This document shows positions 17,311 through 32,861 of a stretch of DNA of 64,000 nucleotides, piece after piece. A program made the translations under genes and the position numbers. The notes under the pieces are model-generated. The model was given only the letters and a program-made list of their open reading frames with translations. It was not told the DNA's origin and searched no databases. Origin of the DNA: the human T2T-CHM13v2.0 reference genome, Homo sapiens. The stretch's first letter is position 1. Each line of letters starts with the position of its first letter. The stretch is taken from assembly GCF_009914755.1 (NCBI RefSeq), contig NC_060929.1; one strand, given 5' to 3'.

Positions 17311-18151
17311 TGTGCCAGTTATCAACTTACCACCTTTCAGTTCCAAATTCACCATTCAATACATGCTCTGTGATAATGAACAGAATTCCTTTAAGCATTT
17401 CTCCTTTATAGTGTGTATGATACTAAACTCTCACAGTTAAAGGTGCTGGAGGGGCAATGCCGGAGGAAATGACTCTTCTGCTGTTTCTTGCTGCTGCACA
17501 GTGGGCCAGCGGTGTGGGTGTGAGGACTCCAGTGGTGTTCTGCCTCAGCCATTAGTCCAGAAGGTGCAGTCCCTTGGCCACCTTACAGCGTAGGCCAGGA
17601 CTCCTGATCACCTTCCCACACCCTCACAATCTGCATACTGCACACTCTAGGCCTCTTGCCTACACTGGTACCCCCAAACCCTCAGCACACTCCTCTTACA
17701 CAGCCATGGGTAACTGAAAACTGCCACTCCCCAGAGGGTTGCCACCAGCATCCCCATTCTCTCTACATGCGTACCCACCCAGCCACCAGCTGCAGCTCAC
17801 CTGTGCCCCACCTGCACTCCAGAGGATTACTTCTGCTTGCCCAGTGACTACAGACCAGCTCTGGCATGGGCAAACCAGGGAAACTCCTCTAACATCCAGA
17901 GATCTGCATCTCGTGTTCTCCAGTGAGGTCTGAACTCCAGCCTCAAGAAGAGGGCTCTCCTTCCGAGTTTGTCTTTCCTGACTACTCTCATTCAGTCACA
18001 GGGTACAATAATGTGTTTTCTTACATCTTATAGCTACTCTTTTATTTTTGTTTAGTAATTATATTTATATTAATAGTTATCTTTATATTAAAATTCCCCT
18101 GTTCAGATTACTGTATGTTCTCTATCTTCTGATTGAACCCAAACAGATACA
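17311..18151 (+). mobile_element. ERVL solo LTR (LTR41-like)
   Basis: Starts tgtgccagttat, ends ...ctgattgaacccaaacagataca, with an ATTAAA near the 3' end. Confidence 0.6.
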
Positions 18152-18239
18152 CTTGCATTTCAGAGTTCTGTCCCTACCCTCTTCTCCTCCCAAAGATGGC
18201 ATCTAGGTATGTGAAGACATTTACTTTATTCTTTTTGGA

Positions 18240-18300
18240 AGGAGAGAGAGACAGAGTAAGGGAGAGACAGAGAGAGAGAGAGACAGAGACAGAGAGAGGC
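18240..18300. repeat. (GA)n/(GACAGA)n microsatellite
   Basis: Directly visible. Confidence 0.9.
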
Positions 18301-19771
18301 AGACCTCAGATTCAAGAGATGTTCTCTGAATCTCCACTGTATTCTACTGCAGGTAGGTAAGTTGCTCAGCTCCCTGGACCAGTTACAATGAGTAAAACTG
18401 TTCACACTTGGTTTGGGGTGGAAAATGCTGACAAACACTACTAGAAACTGATCCTGGCCTCTAGTCTTAAAGGCTCCTTCTATTACAGTCTCTTCACTCT
18501 GATACAGCCTTTTCTGATCTGTTGGCCTCAGAGGTCCCTGAGGCAGTAGAAAAGCTCCAGGCATGGAAACCCACACAATACCCTGCACACCAAGCGCAGG
18601 CCCTGGAGAGCCAGGAGCACATCCTCAGTCTCAATCCTTCTAGCTGTCTCCAAGGTTACCTCCATGTCATTGCTCTCTCACTATTGATTGTGTCCCAGAC
18701 CTGAAGCCTGAAGTGGAGCCAACTAATGTCTGTGTGCTCCCTCATGCTTTGACAGAGGAGCAGACCACTAGCTCAAATGTTCTCAGACTCCTCCATGCCT
18801 TTCCTGATGTTTCTACATTCACCCCATTTGAGACACAGTCCTAAGAAGGGGAAAAGCAAGGACCTTAAGGAAAAAACAGGGACTCTTATTCCATGAGACC
18901 AAAAGGGGAGGGCATCTACTTGCTCTAATCCAAATCATTCTTTCTAGATAAACCAGTACCTTGAGACTCTGGAAGAAATTCTAGAAATTTTTCTTTTACT
19001 ACATATCTGAGCTTTAAAGAAATTTAGAAAATCCTTCCTTCTCCTGACAAAGTCAAGCTTTTCTCATTGCCAGCATTATTAGAAACATCCTACAGTAATT
19101 AAAAGCTGAACACTGGTTCTTCTTTGCATTCTTGTTATAAAAGTCCTAATCCCACCACTATTCCCATAATTTCTCCTTCTCCCATCCCCTGCTACACAAA
19201 AATTCTTTGGCCTGACCAGGTATAAAGTCATATGCATAGAAATTTAGGAGAGGAGAGTAAAAAAATTTCAAATGTTTTTACCTTCTGTTAAATACTTCTA
19301 CTAATTGCAGAGAATGAATAAATAAATGAACAAGATAGAAGATAGACTTGCATAGAAAAGATTGGGACAGAAAAGAAGCTCAGAGAATACTCAGGAATGC
19401 TTACTCAAAGCATAAACAAATGAACCACCTTCCATTATCTGTCCTTGGAAAATAAAAATAAAATGCCACATTTTATTAAATCTAGGACACAACTAATTTT
19501 TCTTCCACTACAAAAAAAATGCTTCCAATTAAACTGTGATACATCCTTAATTGAAAGATGCATTCTAGTTTCAGAGATGCTAAAATGTGGAGAAAAAAAA
19601 TATGTCTTCGAAATAATTTAATATGGTAGTAAAGATGACTGAATCCAGAAAACAAAAATTAACTGATTATTTTAAATTATACTGGAGATATACCCCCCAA
19701 AAAAGCCACACAGATAAAAAAATTACTGTAAGAGCTTATTGGGATAATGAAATAATATATTTTTAGCATTT

Positions 19772-21027
19772 CTTTTTTTGCCATTCCAACTTTTATTTTA
19801 GGTTCGGGGGGTACATGTGCAGGTTTGTTTTATGGGTAAACTGCATGTCAGAGGAGTTTGGGGTACAGATTACTTCATCACCCAGAAAATGAGCATAGTA
19901 CTCCATAGGTAGTTTTCAATCCTCACCCTCCTCCCACCCTCCACCCTCAACTAGGTCTCAGTGTCTCTTGTTCCCTTTTTTGTGTCCATGTGTACTCAAT
20001 GTTTAGCTTCCACTTATGAGAACATGTGGTATTTGGTTTTCTGCTCCCATATTAATTTGCTTAGGTTAATGGCCTCCAGCTCCATCTATCTTCCAGCAGA
20101 GGACATGATCTCTCATTCTTTTTTATGGCTGCATAGTATTCTGTGGTATATATGAACCACATTTCCTTTATCTAGTCCATCACTGACGGTCATCTAAGTT
20201 GAGTCCATGTCTTTGCTACTGCGAATAGTGCTGCAATGAACATAAGCATGTATGTGTCTATATGGTAGAACAATTTCTATTCCTTTGGGCATATACCCAG
20301 TAATGGGATTGCTGGATTGAATGGTAGTTCTGTTTTAAGTTCTTTGAGAAATAGCCAAACTGCTTTCCACTGTGGCTGAACTAATTTACCTCCCACCAGC
20401 AGTTGTATAAGCATTCCCTTTTCTCTGCAACCTGACCAGCATGTTATTTTTTTACTTTTATTTAAGAATAGTCATTCTGACTGGTATGAGCGGTATCTCA
20501 CTGTGGTTTTAATTTAAACTTCTCTAATGATTAGTGATGTGGAGCATTTTTATATGCTTATTGGCCATTCATCCATTCATCTCTCTTCTTTTGATGAGTG
20601 TTCATGTCCTTTGCCTACTTTTAATGGGTTGTTTTTTTGCTTGTTGATTTGTTTAAGTTACTTATAGATTCTGGATATTTGACCTTTGTCAGATGCATAG
20701 TTTGCAAATATTTTCTCCTATTCTGTTGGTTGTCTGTTTATTCTGTTTAGAGTTTCTTTTGCTGTGCAGAAGCTCTTTTGTTTAATTAGGTCCCTCTTGT
20801 CAATTTGTGGTTTTGGTGCAATTGCTTTTAGAATCTTCATCATAAAACCTTTGCCAGGTCTGATGTCCAGAAGGGTATTTCCTGGGTTTCTTCTAGGATT
20901 CTTATAGTTTTAGGTTTTATATTTAAATCCTTAATCCATCTTGAGTTGATTTTGCTATATGGTGAAAGAAAGGGGTCCAGTTTCAATGTTCCACATTTAA
21001 CTACCCAGTTATCCCAGCACCATTTAT
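19772..21027 (-). mobile_element. 5'-truncated L1PA15/16-like element
   Basis: L1 3'UTR plus ORF2 C-terminal remnant (ORF 20840..21049 NKWCWDNW...[10 protein letters not shown]). Confidence 0.88.
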
Positions 21028-22729
21028 TTTCAGCATTTCTAACAACCACAAGTTACTATAGAAAAATACCACAAAGATGTGAAGTTTTGAAGTAAATGTT
21101 TAAGTGCTCCCAAAATGTCACAATATTTAAGTGGCATAGGTAAGAAACAAAAAAGCATATGCAACTAGAATTATGGAAATAGCACTAATATCTGAAGAGG
21201 CCACTGAGCAGTGAAAATGGGTGGCAATAGGAAAGCACAGGCCTCTGTTGCAGCAGAATGACTGGTTCCAGGGGTCTGAGCACACAGAGCTACTTCTGAA
21301 AGATATTTTCTGAGAGGCCTTCCACAAGCTAGAAAAAGTTTGATTAGGTTGACCAGTTTGCTTTTGCCTAAAGAACAGCAATACAAGTCCTGCCAGTGAT
21401 ATTCTTCCCAACAATCTGCAAACCAATGACATGCACAGTGATAGGAAAAAATTAACTTATATTAAAAGAATATAAATGAAATATTAAAATAATAATTTTA
21501 AAATGACATCATTGTAGACTCTGTTAAAATAAATTGAGCTATCAGAAAGCAATAGCATCTAAGAATGATCAATATGAACTGTATATAACTCAGTTCCCTG
21601 TTTATTTCTACTAGGAGCTATACAAGTTTATAACATTGAACTGACTATGAATAGTCAACAATGTAATTGGAATATTTTACATCTTTCAGTGCACAAAAGG
21701 GCTATCAAATCAAGAACATTTTAATGAAATTGGGAATAATTTAGAGATGCTTATTTAATACTCTCATTTTATATTGAGGCAATTAAGGAAAAAAACCCAT
21801 ATAACTTTGGTCTTGACTTAATGATAAAGCTTGAAACCAGGCATCATGACATGAGTCATTTGAAAACTTGCAGCTCTGTGCCAACTCTCATACCCAGCTC
21901 CCCAAGCTACTGAAAATTGCCATGAACATTGATAATACTATAAAAAGGAAGTCTGGTTTATATAAATGCAAGTCAATACAAATGAGAAAAGGACCATTTA
22001 TTGTGATGGATGTGTTCACTGAATGCAAAAGCAAATTATTGAAGATAGAGTGAAAGGGAAAAATCTATAAATATCCAGGCTCCCTGCAGTAGTGACATTA
22101 ACCACATGGAAATTAAAGAAAACCTAAAGGAAAACACTGAGTTCACATGTGGAGAAAATATTAAAAGCATCTCACTGCAGGCAACAAGATTAAGGCAATG
22201 CATTTGCAGAGCCACTTCTAACATTCATTAAATGTTATGAAATGGAACAGTATGGACCCAGAGGCATGGAATATCAGGCTGTTGATGGAAAAATAGAAAC
22301 TGGCAATAAAAGGATCACTCTTTTACATAAAGTGCAAGGAAGGTTCATCAACACCAACAATTATTGCAACCATTGTAAACTCATCAGTACAGACTAATGC
22401 AGGAATGCCCTGTGAAAATGTGGAAAGAGAAACCATGGTGTAGCAGCAACCTACTAAGAATCCAAAAATTGCAAAGAGCATTGAGATCTGGATCAACTGA
22501 CCTGGAATATGTAAAGGAAGCCATCTCGGAGATGTTATTTGACAGGTGCCAAAAAACTCCTTACTTAAAAATAAGTCCGCTGCCTGCCTGGCCACAGTTC
22601 ATGAAATCCCCTTATTACTCAGTCCTTTACAGAGAGCCATGTCAGACTTTATATTGAAGTATTAGCATTACCTGGACCACATGGAATGGTAAGTCATTTC
22701 TAGTTGTCACCAGATCCTATTTCATGCTA

Positions 22730-23035
22730 TTTCCTCTGAGAAAATGCCTCTGCCCTGCCTTCCTCACTAGTGGACACATTCTTCAGGGTTCAGCTTGAAT
22801 ATTAGCTCCTCAGTAACACCTTGCATATCCCTCCACTGCCCTGGAAAAATTATCTCTCCTCTGTGTACCCTGCACACTACAGGGGTCTGATTTCATCATC
22901 TAGAGTTACACGTAGACATATTGCTTTCCTCATTGGGCTGAGGCTCCTTCAGAGTTAAAGCCGTCTTTCTCCCTTCATCATTGCCCAGCCTAGCATCTGT
23001 AGTATTAAGGCTCTACAATAAACTGAATGAATGAA
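22730..23035 (+). mobile_element. L2 3'-end remnant
   Basis: cccagcctagcatc...aataaactgaatgaatgaa terminus. Confidence 0.55.
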
Positions 23036-23659
23036 AGGGCTCTAAGTACTTGCTTAGCTAACTAGTCTTCATGAAGAAACATAATGCAGCCTGGTATAAG
23101 CTCTGTGGAGGGCAAATGTCAACATCATAGTGGGGAGCCTGAAAAGAGAGGTGGGGTCTGGGCTGTTTCAGCTCCTGAAATGTGTCGCCTACAAAGCTCA
23201 TGCTCAGGAAACACCTGAGCACAACTAAGGATGTAGTGGATAAAGAGAAAGGGACCCAAAAAATAAAGAAGGGGCATAGATGGAGGATAAAGGGAACCAA
23301 ATATAAGCCCTCTCTTTCAGAGATTTGCTTAGATCAAGCCCACACACTCCTGTCAGCGACAAGACTTAGTGTGGCGAAGTGGGAAGAACTCCAGATCATC
23401 GGACAGAAGACCAGAGTTGAAGTTTTGCATTTGTAACTGGGCACCTCTCTCCCAGTTTTCTTACCTGCATCTGTCTGCCCACCTCTACATAAAGCATAAG
23501 TTTGGCCAACATAGAGCATTCAACACTTTGTTTCTATCAGATACCTTATTGTAAGGTCTGCACACTCCATTTCTCCACTGACCCCTCCATTCTCAGCAAC
23601 TTCTAATATCTTCCTGTCCTGGAAAACACTGGAGTTTGTTCCTTCCATATCCAATCCCT

Positions 23660-23765
23660 TCACTTTACTGAGAAAAAGACAAATCTCAGAGAGGTTGTGA
23701 CTTGCTCAAGGTCACTTGCCCAACTGGCAGTGCCACAAGTTAAAATCCAAATATTCTGATTTCTA
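23660..23765. mobile_element. MIR fragment
   Basis: ctcagagaggttgtgacttgctcaaggtcac core. Confidence 0.65.
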
Positions 23766-25532
23766 ACTAATATTGGTGCTACAAATTCTAATAGGAAGGA
23801 CCGTTGGGTAATAATTTAGTTCGAAAGAAGGAACTAGGAGTCTTGCTTTTAGACTGTATTTGCATAGCAAACACAGTTTACTTAATTATGTTTATTTAAG
23901 GTGTGGGAAATTAAAGCCTCCTCAAGCTATCTGGTGGCAGAACCACTGCTGCTAACACACTGCTCTTTCCATCACACCATCTACCTGCAGTAAAGTCATT
24001 TATCATCTCAGTAACCTCAAAGATGTTTCCTGGGCTATGCTGGTTTGACTGCTTATTGTATTTTGGCATCAACAACTCCAAAGGCATTACTTGTAAACAT
24101 ATGCTTTATCTCCGATTGCCATCTCCGCATTTATTATAAAATTCTCGGTTTATAGACCAAAACATTAGTCTGAGGAATAAAACAAGATTTATCTGAGGGA
24201 AAGAGAACAAGCACAGTTGTCCCCATATTGCAGAGAAGACAGCTAAGGTGAGGGGCTGATGCGTGAAATTATCCTACCTCTGTGTTTCTCTTCTCAAACT
24301 GAAATTTGCAAGAAATATTTTCAGTTTCAAATCCAATAATCTGACATTTATCCCAAATTATCTGTTGCTACGTTTAGATAATTGTTCATTTCTACCATTG
24401 GTAAGTTCCTTTTAGGGAGTATTTAGCAAGCAGTTAAGCTTTCTGGGGTTTTGAGGAAAACATATGGTAATAAAGGACCCAAAATATTACCCACAGTAAT
24501 TTTTGTTACAATAAAGATGACCAATCTTTAAGTTTCTTTCTTCCACAATTAATGGCTTACTACCTATATCAAATATACTGGACTTAAACATAAAATCCCT
24601 AGTTTTTCCTTTATGATACAATAACTATCAACACAAGACTGACCTCTACTGGGAACATCTGTCCTTGTTAGATGGATTGTGACTTGTGAAAATAGTCAAA
24701 TATGCTAAATCAGACACCTGTTGTGCCTTAATAGATCATCAAATTAAATTCTCTGTGAAAAGGTAAGAGTGATGAACTTTCTGAAATCAAAACCTTCATC
24801 ATCTTTAAGCAGTAATTGTGTATAATTATATTTGGCATTTTGATAAGTAGAAAGTAGAAAAAAATTCAGAAATGATGTCACTGCATGTTTTAAATGTTAA
24901 TTATTGCCTTAGACAATTATTAACTTAGAACACTGATGCATTATTATCCAATCAGATTGTACCATCTTGTATATTCTATTTAGAAAAGTCTTAAATTTTT
25001 TTTTCTAAGTATCAAAACGCTTTCAAAAGATGGAAATTTTTAGGACAAATTTGCATATGGACAAAAACCCAAATTTAATTTTTAAAATTATGCAGAATCA
25101 GTAGGCAAGAAGGCTGATTTCATTTGTTATATTTCCTCTGTGCTTCTTATCATGGTCTAATAACGCATGTGAATCAGCTACATGATTCTAATCTTCAAAA
25201 CATCACTCCCATCATTTGACTGAATTTTTAATAACTTCTGAGTCCAAAACACACCTGATTAAAAAATATACAAACATAGATATGGATATTAGTAATTGGA
25301 GGTAAACTAGAATCACAGGTTCTCATAAAATTATAGATTGCATTTTATCCTGCATAACTATTTTTAGCAACAAACAGTTCTGCTATCTTGGTAAATTATC
25401 ACTGAAATGTCTGTTGTCAGGACCCTTCAAAGGTCTTGAGTTCTTAGTGGGAAGAGTGAGCAAAAGGCCTCTACATTCGCATGTTGTATTAGTCTACACT
25501 AATCAAAACTGAAGTACTTCAATTTTAAATAT

Positions 25533-25900
25533 TGATGTGGTTGGCTGTGTCCCCACCCAAATCTCATCTTGAGTTGTAGTTCCCATAATTCCCACGTGTC
25601 GTGAGAGGAGCCCAGTGGGAGGTAATCAAATCATGGGGGCAGTTATCCCCATGCTGTTCTCATGATAGTGGGTTCTCACAAGATCTGATGGTTATATAAG
25701 GGGCTTTTCCCCCTTTGCTCGGCGCTTCTTCTCCTGTCGCCTTGTGAAAAAGGATGTGTTTGCTTCACCTTCCACCATGATTGTAAGTTTCCTAAGGCCT
25801 CCCCAGCCATGCAGAACTGTGAGTCAGTTAAACCTCTTCTCTTTATGAATCTCCCAGTCTCAGGTATTTCTTCATAGTACCATGAGAATGGACTAATACA
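25533..25900 (+). mobile_element. THE1 (C/D-like) solo LTR
   Basis: tgatgtggttggctgtgtccccacccaaatctcatcttg...gactaataca with a perfect 5-bp TSD aatat. Confidence 0.92.
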
Positions 25901-27869
25901 AATATCAATTATATTTTACTTAGTTCTCATGAAAATAATTTTTAGTCCTCTAGTTTTTTTAAAAATTAAGTTTCATTTGCTTTATTAAACATAGAAAGAA
26001 ATCCATTATAAACTACTCAAGAAGACTACCTTGTTATTATTTTGAAAGATACGCTGGCAGCAAGATGTAAAATTTGTGGGGGCTAGAAGAGGGAGAAAAG
26101 CTTTTGTTATATTCCCTAGAAAAGGCTCTAGATACTGTAAGTGTCCTCAGTTCTGACAGAAGAGCCCCAAAAGAGGTATTACAAAGTGAGTAGACCTAGC
26201 CACATACATAATTATTTTTTGTTTGGAAATAAGCACTGTTGGTGACATTTTATGGAAAATATAATTTATTCTACATCCTCAAATGAAGCAAACAATTCAC
26301 TCAACAATTCTCCAAGGTGAAATTTGCAAAAACTGTAAACAGAATTTTAACTTAGATTCACTACTTAATTATGAAACTTACATTGCAACATAAATATGCA
26401 CTAACAAACTGAAAGTGACTTTTTTTATTGGGTTAGCACCCTGTTGTCCCATTACTGTTCCCAGTTTATTTCTTCAAATTGAAAATTTAAACGTTAAGTT
26501 AACTAGACACTGAAAAAATTCATCAGAGGGTACTTAATATATCCTGCACTTATCCCAGGAAGTATATTTGTTCTACAAAATTAAATAAGAAATATATTTC
26601 CAAGTTGATACAAAGTAGCAAATTCTGTTTATTAACGTGGTCTTAGATCCCAACTTTCAAATCACTTGAGTACCCATGAGCAAATAATTTCTTTAAGACT
26701 CAATAATCATAGTTTATGTTTTACGGCAACTTGTTTGGAAGACCCAGTGATGTCAAGGTATTACACTCTGCAGGTTATATTGTCTTAAGCAAGAAAACGC
26801 ACGATCGCAAATGCTGTAAAATTGGAATTTCCTATGTTTCATGCTGAAGTGAGTACTTCAAAATACTATGATGATGAATATAAATACAGTTGAATCTCTC
26901 CTAAATACTGATTTTTGATAGGTAATAAAACTCTTACTTTTCCCTAGGTCTTTGACATATATAGGGTTTTGTTCTTGAGGGTAAAAGTAATGATTTACCA
27001 CAGCCACACCCATATAACTAGGGACCATTTTAACTGATTCCTCTTTTAATCATGATTTAAGATTTTTGTGACTTTCCAAACATAAGACATTTTTAGTTTC
27101 TTCTTCCTGTACACAAGCAGCTCACAAACATCAGCTTTTTAAAAGTTATATTTCCTATAACAATGTGCAGAAACTCTTCTATATGTGGGAATCAAAACCA
27201 AACTCTTGGATAACATAAGTGCTAAGTCGTGACCCATATGTCTATTAAATTTGCTAGACTCCCAGACACGACTTCCCTGAAGGCAGATGCAGGAACACAA
27301 AGACGTGTGAGAAATAAAAATGAGAAATGGCTGAATTCCATCACCCTGCTCATACAGAGTGTCTTCAACCTTGAAAATTTGCTGTAGTACTCTTTCAAAA
27401 TTTTCTGTATGGAACATTCATTTGATAAATTTCTTACCAGAGTCTCTTAGGGCAATGATACTCCCTATGACATTTTTGACTTATCATACCTAAAAATAAA
27501 AGCAATTATACATAAAAATGAAAAATACTATAAAAATCATACCTAAAAATAAAACAAATACATGCTTATGTCTATAGAGCATCAAAGAAAGACTTTGTTT
27601 TCATCACTGTTGCAGTATCTTTTGTGGGAATTTGTGGAAAATTCGATGAAAAATCTTTAGCATATATTTGTAGAAAGAGACCAAAAGAAATTGGAAATGA
27701 ATTTGGCAAAGCTGGTTAAGACAATGAAAATGCTGCAAATCAAAAAGAAATTTGAGATCTTAAATTTTTTAAAGTATAGGTTGAAAAATGACAAATGAGC
27801 TTATACATAAGTATCCAAAGTAAATGTGCTAAAAACCATAAAACATTGCTCACTGGAAACACATTAGTC

Positions 27870-28020
27870 AGGAGCCTGGGGTTTGCAGTTAGACAGTGCT
27901 TGTTTTGACTGCCATCTATTTTACTTGCAAGCTGAGTAATCTTAGGGATATTACACAACCTGACTGAGCCTCAGTTTCCTGAGCTGTAAAATGGACAGTA
28001 AAATGAATGTAAAATCCATA
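27870..28020. mobile_element. MIR fragment
   Basis: tgagcctcagtttcctgagctgtaaaatgg core. Confidence 0.7.
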
Positions 28021-28493
28021 ATAGTGGATATATGAATTGAACAGGAGACTAGAAGTGCTGAAATATAAGAACATTCTGAAGAAATTATCCAGAAAGCAGC
28101 ATAGAAACACAAAAATACAGACATACATTGAGATTAAGAGACAGAGTGAGAGCTAACATATATTTAATTAAAGATTCAAAAGCAGAGGAGAGATTGTGAC
28201 AAAGGCAATATTTAAACTGACAAAAGACCTCAAACTTCTGATTCAAGAAGCTCAAGAAATCCCAAGCAGGATAATTATTTAAAAAGTACACACCAAGATA
28301 TAGCAACATCAATGAAAGACCACGAAAGACAGAGAGAAAAGCAGCCTGCCAAGAAAGGGGCACATTATTGATAAAGAAGTGATATCTAGAGTGGCAGCTG
28401 ACTTTTAAACAGCAGTAATGGAAGCCAGCTAACAAAGGCATAACTGCAGTATATGGAAATAAAATAGCTATCAACCTAGAATTCTATACACAG

Positions 28494-28852
28494 TGTATTA
28501 GTCAGTTCAGGCTGCTATAACAAGTACCATACACTGGGTGGCTTATAAATAGAAATTTATTTCTCATAATCCTGGAGGCTGGAAGTCCAAGATCAAGGTG
28601 TGAGCATGGTCCATTTCTGGTGAGGGCTCTCTTCCATGTTGTAGACTACTGACTTCTTATTGTATCCCCACACGATAGAAAGAGGGCAAGAGAGCTCTGT
28701 GGGTTCTCTTTTATAAGGGCACTCATTCTATTCATGGTCTACTCTCTTGGCCTAATCACCTCCCAAAGGCCTCATCTCCTAATACCATCACTTTGGGGGT
28801 TAGGATTTCAACACATGAGTTTTCTGGGGAGACAAATATTTAGTCCATAACT
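28494..28852 (-). mobile_element. MLT1A-like solo LTR
   Basis: tgtattagtcagttcaggctgctataacaa...ggaggctggaagtccaagatcaaggtg...tttagtccataac. Confidence 0.85.
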
Positions 28853-29802
28853 TACAGTTAAACTATCTTTAAACAATGATGGCATTCTTTACACTAAATT
28901 GTACACTGAATGGCTAAAACACAAATTTTCTGCCATATATATTTTACCACAACTTAAAAAAAAAGTAACATACCCCAAATCACTGAATTATACATTGTAA
29001 GTGGGTGAATTGTATGGTTATGTGACTTATATCTCAATAAAGCTGTTAAAAAGAATAAGGGCAAAATTTAAAAAGTTTTCAGACAAAAACAAAGCAATCC
29101 CTTACTGCAGATAAATTCTAAAGAATTTACTTTAAGAAGAAAAAAAGTGGTAAAATGCATGGGTAAGTCTAGTAAACAAAGACTATATAAAATAACAACA
29201 ATATATTATGAAGTTTAAAAAGCAATAAAGCATAATACATTATAATAATATCTAATTGGAAGGGTGTTCTTACTGCATTAAGGTCCCTAAATAGTCTGGG
29301 ATGAGGGAAAAGATACTGACTAACTTTAAACTTTGATATGTTAGTATAAAAGACATAATTCCTAGGGAATCCAACAAGAAGACTGGAAACAGTGCATAAG
29401 TTTCAAAATTAGCAGGAGAAACCATGAAATTATTTCCAAAATCCAAACAAAGGCAAGAAAGTGAAGATAATGTTAGAAAGCATCAGTAAAGGTGCTTTTA
29501 CCCAAAATTAGAGTAGATTTATACCCAAAATTAGAGTAATCGTATTAAATATAAACTGTCTAAATGCTACAATTAAAAATAAAGACTGTGAAGCTGGCTT
29601 CTTAAAACATAAACTACATGCTGTTTATAAGAGATACACCTAAAATATAATACAGAAAGACTACAGACAAACACATTACTAATGATAAAGAATGACATTT
29701 TATAATGATAAATAAAAAGGTCAGTCCACCAGATAAATATGAAAATTCAAAATGAATTTAATCAGAAATCTATAATAATTCTCTCAATAATAAATATAAA
29801 TG

Positions 29803-30060
<258 letters not shown>

Positions 30061-30113
<53 letters not shown>
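30061..30113. repeat. (CA)n microsatellite
   Basis: Directly visible. Confidence 0.97.
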
Positions 30114-30120
<7 letters not shown>

Positions 30121-30952
30121 GCAGGCAAAATAAATCAGTAAAATTGTAGGAAATTTAAACAAGATTTTATAGAGAGAGAAAAAAACTGTAATCAATGCAA
30201 AATTCATATTCTTTTCATGTGTACAGAATATTAACAAAAATTGACCATATACTAGGCTATGCAACAAGTCTCAACAAATTTCAAAGACTTGAAATTATAC
30301 AAACCATTTTTCTGACTTCGGTGTAATTACATTATTTATTTTTTAAAAGTTAACTAAGTTTCACCCAAGATTCAAGAAAGAAATAATTCCAACCATATAT
30401 AGAAAAAGAGAGTAATTTTCAGCTTAATTTATAACCTTGATCAGAAAGTCAACAAAGATAGTAAGAGAAGGAAATTTTCAGGCCAATTTTACTCATGAAC
30501 ATAGATACAAGAACTATAAACTAAATATTAGCAACAGAATCTAGATATATATATTCAAATGATAATACATCATAATTAGATTTATGCCACTCCTAGAATG
30601 CAAAGTGGCTTAATATTAGTAATCAATTAATGTAATATAACCCCAATGATAGACTAAAAGATAGAACTTATAAAATCCTCAAATGTAGGAAAGGTAGTTG
30701 ATTAAGATTCAACATCAACTTATGGTTAAAACGAGCAATAAAAATTTTTTGACAATAGAATAGAAATAGAAAATAACTTCTTTTAAAATTATAAAAGGGT
30801 ATCTACAAATACTCTAATGCTAAAAACCTCCTCTTTGAAATTAGGAGCAAGATGATGCTGCTGCGATCCCCACTCTATTCCACATTAAACAGTAACTCCC
30901 CCTTATCTGCTAGGGATATGTCAGACCTCCATAGGTGCCTGAAACCATATAG

Positions 30953-31252
<300 letters not shown>

Positions 31253-31283
31253 TGAAACCATATAGTATTGAACACTATATACA

Positions 31284-32615
31284 CAGGCATATCTGGTTTC
31301 ATTGCACTTCACAGATTATATTGTATATTGTATCCAGATCACTGCATATTTTACAAATTGAAGGTTTGTGGCAACCCTGCATTGAGAAAGTCTCTTGGTG
31401 CCATTTTTCCAACAGTAATGTGCTCACTTCATGTCTTTGAGTCACATTTTGGTAATTCTCACAATACTCAAAGGTTTTTCATTATTATTACATCTGTTAC
31501 GGTGATCTGTGATCAGTGAACTTGATGTTACTATTGTAATTGTTTGTTGGTGTCACAATCCATGCCCATATAAGGCTGAGAACTTAATCGATAAATGTTG
31601 TGTGTTCTGACTGCTCTACCCACCAGCCATTCCCCCATCACTCTCCCTCTCCTTGGGCTTCACTATTCCCAGAGACACAACAATATTGAAGTCAGGCCAA
31701 TTAATAACCCTACAATGGCCTCTGTTCAGGTGAAACAGAGTTGCACGCCTCTCACTTTAAATCGAAAGCTATAAATGATTGAGCTTAATGAGAAAGGTAT
31801 GTTGAAAGCCAAGATAGAAGGAAAGTTTAGGTCTCTTGTGCCAAACAGTTAGTCAAGTTGTGAGTGGAAAGGAATAGTTCTTGAAGGAAATTAAAAGCAC
31901 CACTCCAGTAAACACACACGATACAAAAGCTAAGCAGCCTTATTGCTGAAATGGAGAACATTTGAGTGGTCAGGACAGAAGATAAAACCAGCGACAATAT
32001 TCCCTTAAGCCAAAGCCTACTATAGAGCAAGGCCCTAACTCCTCAATTCTATAAAGACTGAGAGAGGTGAGGAAACTGCAGAAGAAAAGTTGAAAGCAAG
32101 CAAAGCCTGGTTCATGAGGTTTAAGGAAAGAAGCCATCTCCATTAACTGAAAAGTGCAAGGTGAAGCAACAAAGGCTGGAGAAGCTGCAGCAAGTTATCC
32201 AGAAAATCTAGCTAAGATCAATGATGAAGGTGGTTGCACTAAACAATAGCTTTTCACTGTAGATAAAACAGCGTTCTATTGGCAGAAGATGTCATCTAGG
32301 ACTTTCATAGCTATAAAGAAGCCAATGCCTGGCTTCAAAACTTCAAAGGACAAGCTGACTCTCCTGTTAGCAGCTGGTGACCTGAAGCTGAAGCTAATGC
32401 TCATCTATCATTCAAAAAATCCTTGGGCCCTTAAAAAATACACTATATCTACTCTGCCTGTGCTCTGCAAAGCCTGGATAACAGTACATCTGTTTACAGC
32501 ATAGTTTACTCAATATTTTAAGCCCACTATTGAGATCTGCTGCTCAAAAAAAAAAAAAAAAAAAAAAAAGATTCCTTTCAAAATATTACTGCTCATTGAC
32601 AATGTACCTGGTCTA
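31284..32615 (+). mobile_element. Tigger1 5' portion (pogo-family transposase remnant)
   Basis: caggcata...tttacaaattgaaggtttgtggcaaccctgc. ORF 32289..32504 (SRTFIA...[14 protein letters not shown]) is transposase-like. Confidence 0.9.
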
Positions 32616-32861
32616 CCAGGCATGGATCCATGAAACAAAGGGATAAGTCATTTTCAGAGTGGACAAAGCAGGACAGTCCAAGATTTCATCATGCTATAAG
32701 AACAGCACACAATTTAAAACTTGTTTATTTCTGGAAATTTCCATTTAATATTTTCTGACTGTGGTTGAGCGTGGCTTACTGAAACTGTACAAAGTGAAAC
32801 AGCAGATAAATGGGAACCAGGGAACTGCTGTACTGAAGATCTCCAGTGTCCTGAGACAAAA

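Noticed and set aside
24195-24225. Possible steroid-receptor half-site pair AGCACA-gt-TGTCCC
   Set aside because: The spacer is 2 nt rather than 3, so it is not a supportable response element.
21100-27450. Possible lncRNA or additional coding exons in the repeat-poor stretch
   Set aside because: Only isolated splice-like motifs and short ORFs, with no recognisable homology or consistent exon chain.
27483-27554. Short direct repeats (19 bp here; also 29500-29540 and 62993-63024) as possible CRISPR-like units
   Set aside because: Only two units each, in a eukaryotic context, consistent with local slippage duplications.
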